Origin: Mobula hypostoma
Lineage: Eukaryota
DNA: 64,000 bases
NCBI RefSeq assembly: GCF_963921235.1
Contig: NC_086121.1
Location: 6,572,001-6,636,000, forward strand
Direction of reading: 5' to 3'
Shown one piece after another: positions 53,353 through 64,000 of this stretch (position 1 is the stretch's first letter; each line of letters begins with the position of its first letter). The notes beneath the pieces are model-generated. The model did not search any database. It saw only the letters and a list, made by a program, of their open reading frames with translations, and was not told the origin of the DNA. Both the position numbers and the translations under genes were made by a program.

Positions 53353-54696
53353 TTGTGATTAGGACTTTCGGAATATTGATTGGCATCTCCTTAGCACAAG
53401 GGGTTTAGATGGGGTGGAGTTTATTAGGTGTGTTCAGGAAGGTTTCCTGATGCAATATGTAAATAAACCAACTAGAGCAGAGGCTATACATGATTTGTTA
53501 TTGGGAAATGAACCTGGTCAGGTGTCAGATCTCTCGGAGGGACAGCATTTTGGAGGTAGTGACCAAAACTCTATCTCCTTCAACACATGGCTGGAGAGGG
53601 ATAGGAACAGATAATTTGGGAAAAATTTAATTGGGGTAGGGGGAAATATGATGCTATTAGGCAGGAAAGATAAATTGGGAGATGTTCTCAGGGAAATGCA
53701 TGACAGAAATGTGGGAAATATTCAAGGAACATCTGCATGGAGTTCTGCAGAGGTATATTCCATTGAGGGAGGGAAAGGATGATACAGTTAAAGAACCATG
53801 GTGTACAAAGGATGTAGAAAATCTAGTTAAGAAGAAAAGCTTACGAAAGGTTCATGAAACTAGGTACTGTTAGAGCTCTAGAAAATTACAAGGTTGCTAG
53901 GAAGGAGTTTAAGAATGGAATTAGGAGAGCTGGAAGGGGCCATTAGAAGGCCTTGGTGAGCAGGATTAAAGAAAACCCCAAGGCATTCTACAAGTATGTG
54001 AAGAGCAAGAGGATGAGCCGTGTGAGAATAGGACCAAACAGGTGCAATAGTGGAAACGTGTGCATGGAGTCAGAGGAGGCAGCAGAGGTACTTAATGAAT
54101 ACTTTGCTTCAGTATTCACCAGGGAAAAGGACCTTGGCAATTGTGGGGATGACTTATAGCAGACTGAAATGCTTGAGCATATAGACATTAAGAAAGAGGA
54201 TGTGCTGGAGCTTTTGAAAAGCATTAAGTTGGATAAGTCACCGGGACTAGATGAGATATACCCCAGGCTACTGTGAGAAGCGAAGGAAGAGATTGCTGAG
54301 CCTCTTGCGATGATCGTTGCATCATCAATCGGGACAGGAGAAGTACCAAAAGATTGGAGGGTTGCAAATGTTGTTCAAGAAAGGGAGTAGAGATAACCCA
54401 GGAAATTATAGACCAGTGAGTGTGACTTCAGTGGTGGGCAGTAGTTGGAGGAGATCCTGAGAGGCAGGATTTATGAATATTCGGAGAGATTAAGGATAGT
54501 CGGCATGGCTTTGTCAAGGGCAGGTCGTGCCTTACGAGCCTGACTGAATTCTTTGAGAATGTAACAAAGCACATTGATGAGGGCAGAACAGTGGATGTAG
54601 TGTATATGGATTTCAGTAAAGCATTTGATAAGGTTCCCAATGCAAGAAAGTAAGGAGGCATGGGTTCCAAGGAGACCTTGCTTTGTGGATTCAGAA

Positions 54697-54909
54697 ACAA
54701 CAGGAATTCTGCAGATGCTGGAAATTCAAGCAACACACATCAAAGTTGCTGGTGAACGCAGCAGGCCATGCAGCATCTCTAGGAAGAGGTGCAGTCGACG
54801 TTTCAGGCCAAGACCCTTCATCAGGACGAAGGTTCTCAGCCTGAAACGTCGACTGTACCTCTCCCTAGAGATGCTGCATGGCCTGCTGCGTTCACCAGCA
54901 ACTTTGATG
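54697..54909 (-). mobile_element. Penelope pLTR-derived fold-back insertion, copy 3
   Basis: 15-bp TSD TTTGTGGATTCAGAA at 54682-54696 and 54910-54924, interrupting the CR1 RT. Confidence 0.9.
54793..54827 (-). ncRNA. Minimal hammerhead motif, core intact
   Basis: Minus strand: GTC-CTGATGA-A-GGGTCTTGGCCT-GAAAC-GTC^GACT. Confidence 0.62.
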
Positions 54910-56351
54910 TTTGTGGATTCAGAATTGGCTTGCCCACAGAAGGCAAAGGGTGGCTGTAAATGTTTCATATTCTGCACGGAGGTCAGTGACCAGTGGTGTT
55001 CTGCAGAGATAAGTTTTGGGATCCCTTCTCTTTGTGATTTTTATAAATGACCTGGATGAGGAAGTAGAAGGGTGGGTTAGTAAGTTTGCTAATGACACAA
55101 AGGTTGGGGGTGTTGTGGATAGTCTGCAGGGTTGTCAGAGGTTACAGCTGGACATGGTTACTGGGCTGAGAGGTGGCAGATGGACTTCAACCCAGATAAG
55201 TGTGAAGTGGTTCATTTTGGTAGGTCCAATTTGAAGACAGAATATAATATTAATGGTAAGACTCTTGGCAGTATGAAGAATCTGCGAGATCTTGGGATCC
55301 GTGTCAATAGGACACTCGAAGCTGCTGTGCAGGCTGGAAGTGTTGTTAAGAAGGCGTTTGGTGTGTTGGCATTCATCAACCGTGGGATTGAGTTCAAGAG
55401 CCGTGAGTTAATGCTTCAGCTATATGAGACCTTGGTCAGACCCTACTTGGAGTACTGTGCTCAGTTCCGGTCACCTCACTACAGGAAGGATGTAGATACT
55501 ATAGAGAGATTGCACAGGAGATTTACAAGGATGTTGCCTGGATTGGAGGGCGTACCTTATGAGAATAGGTTGAACGCACCTGGCCTTTTCTCCTTGGAGC
55601 GACGAAGGATGACAGGTGACCTGATAGAGGTGTATAAGATGATGAGGGGCATTGATTGTGTGGATAGCCAGAGGCCTTTTTCCCAGGGTTGAAATGGCTA
55701 ACACGAGGGGGCATAGTTTTAAGCTGATTGGCATGTCAGGGATAAGTTTTTCACATAGAGAGTAGGGTCTTTCTAGAGCCTCTTAGATAGGTACATGGAG
55801 CTTAGAAAAATAGAGGGCTATGCAGTAGGGAAATTCTAGGCAGTCTCTAGAGTAGGTTACATGGTCAGCACAACATTGTGGGCCAAGGGGCCTGTAATGT
55901 GCTGCTAATTTCAATGCTCTATGTTCCCCTCTCCTAGTGAGCCATCATCATCATTATGTGTCCTGTCATATTACCTGAGTGAACAGAGTCTTTCTTTGAC
56001 CATGGTTGTTCTTGACAAACTGTTTGCCATTGCCTTCTTTTGGGTAGTGTCTTTATGACACTATTATCAGCCATTATCAATACTCTTCAGAAGTTGTCTG
56101 CCTGGCATCAGTGGTTGCATAACCAGGCCTAGTGATACGCATTAGCTGCTCGTAAGACTATCCACCACCCGCTTCCATCGTTACAAGTGACCCTGATTGG
56201 GGGCCTAAGCAGGTGCCCAAGGATAACCTGCAGGCTAGCGGAGGGAAGGAGCACCTTTGGGTAGGAAATATAAAAGCCTCAACACACATACCACCAGGCT
56301 CAAGGACTCACAAAAAAACTTGTATGATCTTCTATCTTATCGTCTACCTGC

Positions 56352-57506
56352 ATCAGGCTCCTGAACCAGCATGGATAACTTCACTCACCTCAACACTGAT
56401 TGCACAACCTGTGGACTCACTTTCAAGGACTCTGCAACTTGCGTTCTCAGTGCTATTTATCTACTTATTCAATTTTTTTTTTGCATGGTTCGTCTTCTTT
56501 TGCACTTTGGCTGTCAGTCTCTGTGTAGTTTTTCATTGATTCTATTGTGTTCCTTTGTTCTACTGTGAATGCCTGCAAGAAAATGAATCTCAAGGTGGTA
56601 TGTATGTGGTGACATCTATGTATGTACATTGATGATAAATTTACTGTGAACCTGCACTGCAATTTCCCTGTAGCTGTTACATTTCATTCTGCATTGTTAT
56701 TATTTTACTTTGTAGTACCTCAGTACAGTGTGTAACTAATTAATCTGTATGAACTGTATGCAAGGCAAGGTTTTCACTGTGATAATAACAACACAATTCC
56801 AATTCCCTTCTTACCTTCCTCTTCCTTCCCAATTAGGAGATGCTTTTACTTCAACTGAGTTTCTGATTAGCTTATCCTGACGGCAAGCACAGTGTACCTG
56901 CTGAATCAATTTTCTCTGGATCATAGTTCAGCAGAGCTGCTACCTCAGAGTTAAAGGGAACCAAATTTGACCCTGACCTCTTGTGGTGTCTGTGCAGAGT
57001 GTTCATGTTCACACTGTGATCCCGAGGGACTTTCCAGTTACTCCAGTTTCCTCCTACATCCAAATGACATGCAAATTACTGTTAATTGGTCACTGCAAAC
57101 TGCAGATTTTACCACTCAACTACACACCACAGTGGGTGGAGTGAATACGATGCAATTGCTGTTGGGCTACAAAAAACAGCTGAATGACAGTTTGTTCAAA
57201 GTTCAAAGGTTCACAGTAAATTTATCATCAATGTACATACATAGATGTCACCACATACATACCACCTTGAGATTCATTTTCTTGCAGGCATTCACAGTAG
57301 AACAAAGGAACACAATAGAATCAATGAAAAACTACACAGAGACTAACTGCCAAAGTACAAAAGAAGACGAACCATGCAAAAAAAATTGAATAAGCAGATA
57401 AATAGCACTGAGAACGCAAGTTGCAGAGTCCTTGAAAGTGAGTCCACAGGTTGTGCAATCACTGTTGAGGTGAGTGAAGTTATCCATGCTGGTTCAGGAG
57501 CCTGAT
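56352..57506. repeat. ~300-bp near-identical inverted repeat (arms 56352-56653 and 57207-57506)
   Basis: By manual comparison, 5 substitutions plus a poly-T length difference. The arms are a LINE-like 3' end. Confidence 0.92.
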
Positions 57507-57544
57507 AATAGTTGAAGGATAATAACTGTTCCTGAACCTGGAAA

Positions 57545-58075
57545 TAAACATAAGAAATAGCAGCCGCAGTCGGCCATTTGGCCTGTTGAGTTTGCTCTGC
57601 CATTTAATAAGATCATGGCTAATCTAGCTGTGGACTCAGCTTACCTGCCTTTTCCTCAAAAATCCTTAATTCCCACTGTGCAAAAATCCATCTAACTGTG
57701 TCTTAAATATATTTAATGAGTTAGCCTCTGCTGCTTCCCTGGGCAGAGAATTCTATAGATTCACTACTCTCTGGGAAAATCAGTTTCTCCACATCCCCAT
57801 CCTAAATCTATTCCCTCAAATCTTGAGGCCCTGTCCCTAGTTTTAGCCTCACTTACCAGTGACTCCATCTTATCTATCCTTCTCATAATTTTATATATTT
57901 CTATAACATTCCTCTTACTCTTCTGAATTCCAGTGAGCATAGTCCCAGGTGATTCAAGTTCTCCAGATTCAACCTGGTGAATCACCTCGGCACCACCTCC
58001 AATGCCAGCATATCTTTCCTCAAGTAAGAAGATTAGAACTGCACACACTACTTCAAGTAGAGCTTTACCAGTACC
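57545..58075 (-). mobile_element. CR1 LINE 3' fragment
   Basis: Antisense NVIEIYKIMRRID remnant and 3' UTR. Confidence 0.75.
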
Positions 58076-58115
58076 CCAGGTGTGGTTTGCAGTGTAACCT
58101 TCCACTGTTAAATTT

Positions 58116-59135
58116 CTAGGAAGAGGTACAGTCGACGTTTCAGGCCGAGACCCTTCGTCAAGACTAACTGAAAGAAGAGCTAGTAAGAGATTTGAAAGTG
58201 GGACGGGGAGGGGGAGATCCAAAATGATAGGAGAAGACAGGAGGGGGAGGGATGGAGGCAAGAGCTGGACAGTTGATTGGCAAAAGGGATGAGAGGATCA
58301 TGGGACAGGAGGCCGAGGGAGAAAGAAAAGGGGGCCCTTACACCTCCTCCCTCACTACCATTCAGAGCCCCAGACAGTCCTTCCAGGCGAGGCGACACTT
58401 CACCTGTGAGTCAGCTGGGGTGATATACTGCGTCCGGTGCTCCCGGTGTGGCCTTCTATATATTGGCGAGACCCGATGCAGACTGGGAGATTGTTTCGCT
58501 GAACACCTACGCTCTGTCCGCCAGAGAAAGCAGGATCTCCCAGAGGCCACACATTTTAATTCCACGTCCCATTCCCATTCTGATATGTCTATACATGGCC
58601 TCCTCTACTGTAAAGATAAAGCCACACTCAGGTTGGAGGAACAACACCTTATATTCCGTCTGGGTAGCCTCCAGCCTGATGGCATAAACATTGACTTCTC
58701 AAACTTCCGCTAATGCTCCACCCCCACCGTACCCCATCCGTTATTTATTTATACACACACATTCTTTTTCTTTCTCTCCTTTTTCTCCCTCTGTCCCTCT
58801 CACTATACCCCTTGCCCATCCTCTGGCTCCCCCCCCCTTTTTCTTTCTCCCTGGGCCTCCTGTCCCATGATCCTCTCATATCCCTTTTGCCAATCACCTG
58901 TCCAGCTCTTGCCTCCATCCCTCCCCCTCCTGTCATCTCCTATCATTTTGGATCTACCCCCCCCCCACTTTCAAATCTCTTACTAGTTCTTCTCTCAGTT
59001 AGTCCTGACGAATGGTCTCAGCCCAAAACGTTGACTGTACCTCTTCCTAGAGATGCTGCCTGGCCTGCTGCGTTCACCAGCAACTTTTATGTGTGTTGCT
59101 TGAAATTCCAGCATCTGCAGATTTCCTCGTGTTTG
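58116..59135 (+). mobile_element. Penelope-like element: inverted partial pLTR, GIY-YIG endonuclease coding segment, pLTR
   Basis: 13-bp TSD CACTGTTAAATTT at 58103-58115 and 59136-59148. Open frame ~58335-58713 reads FTCESAGVIYCVRCSRCGLLYIGETR..EH..HFN..LEEQHLI..GINIDF. 58116-58330 is an inverted copy of ~58835-59050. Confidence 0.93.
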
Positions 59136-59271
59136 CACTGTTAAATTTAATTTCCCTAGCAATGAATGCTAACATTTTATTTTCCTTCTTGATAATCTGA
59201 TGTACATGCAAACCAACTTTTTGCTATTCATGCACCAGCACTCCAAGCGACAAGTGAGGTTTATTGCCATT

Positions 59272-59572
59272 CGTGGCCAAGTGGTTAAGGCATTCGACTA
59301 GTGATCTGAAGGTCGCTAGTTCAAGCCTCAGCAGAGGCAGCATGTGTCCTTGAGCAAGGCACTTAATCACACAGTGCTCTGCAACGACACTGGTGCCAAG
59401 CTGTATGGGTCCTAATGCCCTTCCCTTGGACAACATCGGTGTCGTGGGGAGGGGAGACTTGCAGCATGGGCAACTGCTGGTCTTCCATACAACCTTGCCC
59501 AGGCCTGCGCCCTGGAGAGTGAAGACTTTCCAGGCGCAGATCCATGGTCTCACAAGACTAATGGTTGCCTTT
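59272..59572 (+). mobile_element. tRNA-derived SINE, second family
   Basis: GTGGCCAAGTGGTTAAGGC head; copy of 36012-36322. Confidence 0.85.
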
Positions 59573-59574
59573 AC

Positions 59575-60470
59575 ATAGAATTGAGACAATGTTTCTTTGA
59601 ACCAGGGTGTAAAACACATAATGCACATAACACACGATAACTTAAGGTGGTAAGGATAAAATCTACAGGTGAATTCACATAAATAACAAACTAAAGTGCA
59701 TTGATATTAAATATTGTGAGGTACGGAGCAGATTAAGCAATGACACTTCGAATACGATGTGGCCGGGAGTTCAGAAGCCTTATGACCTGGAGGCAGAATC
59801 TGTTTCTCATCCTGACCATTCTTGCTTTTATGTATTGTAGTTTCCTGTCAATGGTAGAAAGTCAAAGAGGATGCTGGATGAATGAGTGGGACCCTCAATA
59901 ATATTAAGGGCCCTGCGTATGTAGCACTCCTGATAAATGCCCCTGATGGATAGTAGGGAGACTCTATGATCCTCTCAACTGTTCTCACAGTCCTTTGTAG
60001 GGACTTCAGGTCTGATATTTGACTACTCCCATACCAGATGGACAGGCAACTTGTCAGGATGCTCTCTATGGCACTCCTGTAAAATGCAGTTAAGATAGGG
60101 AGTGGGAGCCTTGCTTCTTAATCTTCTTAGGAAGTGAAGGTGCTGCTGTGCCTTCTTGCTCAGGGAGATGATATTAAGGGACCAAGTGAGGTCTGTGATG
60201 TGAACTCCCAAGAACTTGGAGCACTTAACTCTTTCTACGGAGGAGCCACATACTCGCAGAGGTGGGTGGTTGGTCCGCACCTTCCCGAAGTCCACAATGA
60301 TTTCCTTAGTCTTCTCCATCTTCAGGCTTAAGTTGTTCTTCTAATACCAATCTACCAGCCGATCCACTTCCTCTCTGTACTTCGTCTCATCATTGTTCTT
60401 GATAATTGTTGTGTCATTCGCAAACTTGATAACACGGTTTGAGCTGGATCCTGTGATACAGTCATGAGCA
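59575..60470 (-). mobile_element. Rex/Babar-like LINE fragment
   Basis: KTKEIIVDF..VERVKCSKFLGVHIT.DLTWS..KKAQQHLHFLRRL. Confidence 0.85.
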
Positions 60471-61739
60471 ATTGTAAGTTCCACTGCACAACAGCAGGCT
60501 GCAATCACTCACCATTTAAATGATATTCAGATCTTTCTTTCCTTCCAAAGAGGAGGACCTCACTGTACTAGGTTCTCTTGTTGGTGTGACCATCCCAGTA
60601 AAATTCTTATCTATGATGTTCCCAGAATCTCAGATGAACTTGAGTATATCCAGCTCCAGTTCCTCAAACCAGTCATCAGGAGTCACATTTCCCACAGTCA
60701 TAAAGGAAACTGTGAGGATATCTGACTTCTCACATCTTGCAGGAGGAGCATTCCACTGCCCTAACAGCCATTCTGCTGCACCGATTAAAATGCAAAGATG
60801 AATAGGAAATCACTATAATAATTTAAAGCAAAGATTGATAGTTCTTGATTGGTAAGGAGGTTAAATGTTGTGGAGAGAAGGTGGGAGAATGGAGCTGAAA
60901 AAAGAATCAGCCATGATGGAATGCCAGAGAAATTCCATGGGCCACATAGTCAAATTCTGCTCCTATATTTTATCGTCTTCCTTTCTGTAGAACTGTTCTC
61001 TCTGGGACTCTTGGTCCACCATCCTTCAGTACTTACCCCTGCAACTCAGAATCAGTATCATGTTTTACATCACTGACATAAGTAGTGAAATTTGTTGCCA
61101 AAATGAGGGACAGCAGTATAAATAAATAGAGCTAGAGGAAAGTGAGTTAGCGTTCATGGACTGTTCACCTGCCCTACAACTCCTCTCTCACTACCATCCA
61201 AGAACCAAAGCATCTCTTCAGCAGCACCTTTTTCAGACTTGCATGCAGGTCAGTGTTCGTGATCTGGCCTCTTTCACATGAGTGAAATTTGGGTCCGAAG
61301 GCTCCTGTACTTTCTTCCCGATGGCAGCAGAGAGAAGAGAATATGGTCTGGATGGTGGGGGTGGAAGTTTGTTACAATGTACTCAGTGGGCCAAAGGGAT
61401 TTCCTCTCTTTTATGACTCGATTACTCTCATTTGGATATCATGTACTACGTACAGAATGAATCACATCAGTCTTACTCTAATCTTACACCCTCTACAAAA
61501 TTTGGCCAAGGTGGGGACATGCTGCTGAAAACAAAAAAGACACAAGCTAAAAAAAAATGGGGGAAAACTCCTTTCATTATTGAAATAGTTTGTTTTTCAA
61601 CCACTAATATTCACAAAAAGATCAGAAGTGCAAGTGCCCAACAAATATGCTCAATAACTTCACTACATCTTTGCATGTGCCTTCACTGTGGAAGACACTA
61701 GTAGTGTGCCAAAGGTCCATGAGAGTCAGGGAACAGGAA

Positions 61740-63225
61740 AACTGGCATGATCCTGGAGGACTGGAAAATTGCAAATGCCACTCCACTCTTTAAGAAGAGA
61801 GGAAGGCAAAAGAAAGGAAATTATAGGCCAGTTAGCCTAACCTCAATGGTTGGCTAAAGTCTATCAGAAAGGATGAGGTTTCAGGGTACTTGGAAACAAA
61901 TGATAAAATAAGTCAAAGTCAGCATGGTTTCTGTAAAGGAAATCTTGCCTGACAAATCTGTTAAGAGTTCTTTGATGAAGTAACTAACAGGGTGGACAAA
62001 GGAGAGGCAGAGGATAACAATTTCAGAACGCATTTCCTAAGGTGTCACATATGAGGCTGCTTAACATGATAAAATCCTATGCTGTTCCAGTAAAGATACT
62101 GGCATGGATAGAGGAATGGCTGACAGGCAGCAGGCAGTGAGTAGGGATAAAGGGGGCCTTTTCTGATTGGCCGTCTGTGACTAGTGGTGTTTCTCAGGTG
62201 TAGGTATTGGGACCACTACTTTTCACATTGTTTGTCAATGATATAGATAATAGAATTGACGGCTTTGTGACAAAGTTTGCAGATAGTACAAAGATAGGTG
62301 GAGGGGTAGGTAGCGCTGAGAAAGCCATGCGATTGCAGCAGGATTTAGACAAATTGGAAGACTGGGCAAAAAAGCGCTAGATGGAATACAGTGTTGGGAA
62401 ATGTACGATAACGCATTTTGGTAAAAGGAGCAATAGTGCAAACTTATCTAAATGGGGAGAAAATTCAAATATCAGAGGTGCAGAGGGACTTTCCTTGTAC
62501 AAGACTCATAGAAGATAAACTTACAGGTTGAGTCTGTGGTAAAGACAACAAATGCAATGTTGGCATTTATTTTGAGGGGAATCGAATATAAAAGCAAGGA
62601 GATGATGCTTAGGCTTTATAAGACACTAGTCAGGCTGCACTTAGAGTATTGTCGACAGTTTGGGAGCCCCGTATCTCAGAAAGAATGTGTTGTTATTGCA
62701 GAGAGTCCAAAGGAGGTTCACAAGGATGATTCCGGGAATGAAGAGGTTAGCATATGAGGAGCTTTTGACAGCTTTCGGCCTGTACTCTCAGGAATTTAGA
62801 AGAATGTGGGGATGGGGTGGGGGGGAGGGGTGGAATCTCATTGAAACCTACCAAATGTTGAAAGGACTAGATAAGGTGGATGTGGAGAGGATGTTTCCTA
62901 TGGTGGGGATATCCAGAACTAGAAGGCACAGCCTCAAAACTGGGGGGGGGGGGGGGAGGCAACCTTTTATAACAGAGATAAAGAGGAATTTTTTTAGCCA
63001 GCGAGTAGTGAGTCTGTGGAATCCTCTGCTACAGACTGCGGCGGAGGCCAAGTCCACGGGTATATTTAAAGCGGAAGTTGATAGTTTCCTGATTGGTCAT
63101 GGCATCAAAGGATATGGTGAGGAGGCAGGGTGGGAGAGTGGGATCTGCGATCAGCCATGATGGAATGGTGGAGCAGACTCGATGGGATAAATGACCTAAT
63201 TCTGCTCATATGTCTTATGGTCTAC
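61740..63225 (+). mobile_element. Degenerate CR1 LINE RT plus 3' end
   Basis: EDWKIANATPLFKK..NYRPVSLTS, KFADSTK, LYKTLVRLHLEYC, FFSQRVVSLWN. Confidence 0.92.
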
Positions 63226-64000
63226 ATCAGAATTTTAATTTTCTTTCTTACTCATGGTGAAAGGAATCACAAATAACTGTTTCTCCTGCAAGGAGTAAAG
63301 AAGTTACACTTGAATTGGAAAGGAAGTGGCACACTTGTGAGCAACATGGTTTTTCCACAATCCTATTCCAAACGTAGTATTTAACAATAAATACAACGGA
63401 AGTCAATAGTTTGCTTTACATGCATCGACCATGCAGATGGTTTGATCTTTGAAGTGAACTTTAAATGAAGCCACTGAACCATTGAACTGCTAAATTATGT
63501 CCAAGGCAACGCTCAGGAAAATTTTATACTAAGCTAATTAGTAGCTACAAACTAATTCATTGTTCAGTATGATTTTATCAGCTCTGTGTAGAATCACCTT
63601 GCTGCATACATAGAAACATATACAGTATAGACAGGGAGGATATATGGGGTATATAGGAATAACTACAAATAAAGGAACACACTGTATAATTAAAAGATTT
63701 TATAATTCCTCAAAACCTTTTTATTATATGTTCTTACATATACAGTTATTAAAGAGACAAGTGAAAGAAACTGGTATTCTCCTACCAGTAGTGGTACTGT
63801 AGCTTCAGTTTTGAACTCATTCAGACCATATTTCATTCATAGTTTGTCAGAAAATAAGACAACCCATCTCTGCATGCAGCATGACCTAAACAACATTGAG
63901 GCATGGGCTGAGACGGGATCTCCAAAGAAAAATCTTACTACTCGCCCTTGATATGCAATGGTAACAGATTCCCCATTGTCAACGTCATTGGGATCATCTT

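Larger units (their letters stand above)
52060..55926 (+). mobile_element. Long degenerate CR1 LINE (ORF1 esterase end, APE endonuclease, RT, 3' UTR)
   Basis: SGNH esterase PEVMVHIGTND and DGLHL; APE VVAITEIW and SDQNSI; RT VYMDFSKAFDKVP and KFANDTK; LVRPYLEYCAQF; many frameshifts. Confidence 0.93.

Noticed and set aside
59272-59340. tRNA-like sequences (also ~36255-36322, ~34585-34655, ~38045-38118)
   Set aside because: Each continues into a shared SINE body and occurs in multiple copies, one with a TSD; these are SINE heads, not tRNA genes.

Overview
Eukaryotic (vertebrate) genomic DNA. The repeat landscape (CR1 and Rex/Babar-type LINEs, V-domain SINEs, Penelope-like elements, Tc1/pogo/hAT relics) suggests a cartilaginous fish, which is an inference only. 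The window appears to lie inside the minus-strand gene RERE (atrophin-2): three BAH-domain exons (23620-23725, 13876-13972, 13669-13773) splice in frame to [103 protein letters not shown], and one intron is GC-AG. I did not find the neighbouring exons. Almost all ORF-track entries are TE fragments or spurious. Highlights: (1) two candidate frame-compatible RERE micro-exons (45 nt and 19 nt), the second a diverged copy of the YNPETR exon end plus its donor; (2) three ~200-bp TSD-flanked fold-back insertions built from the Penelope pseudo-LTR and turning at its hammerhead ribozyme motif; (3) many minimal hammerhead motifs, two with intact cores in the RERE pre-mRNA sense; (4) a 300-bp near-identical inverted templated insertion; (5) a double fold-back element at 28.8-29.0 kb. 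There is a 143-N gap at 10555-10697. Repeat boundaries are approximate unless TIRs or TSDs are given.
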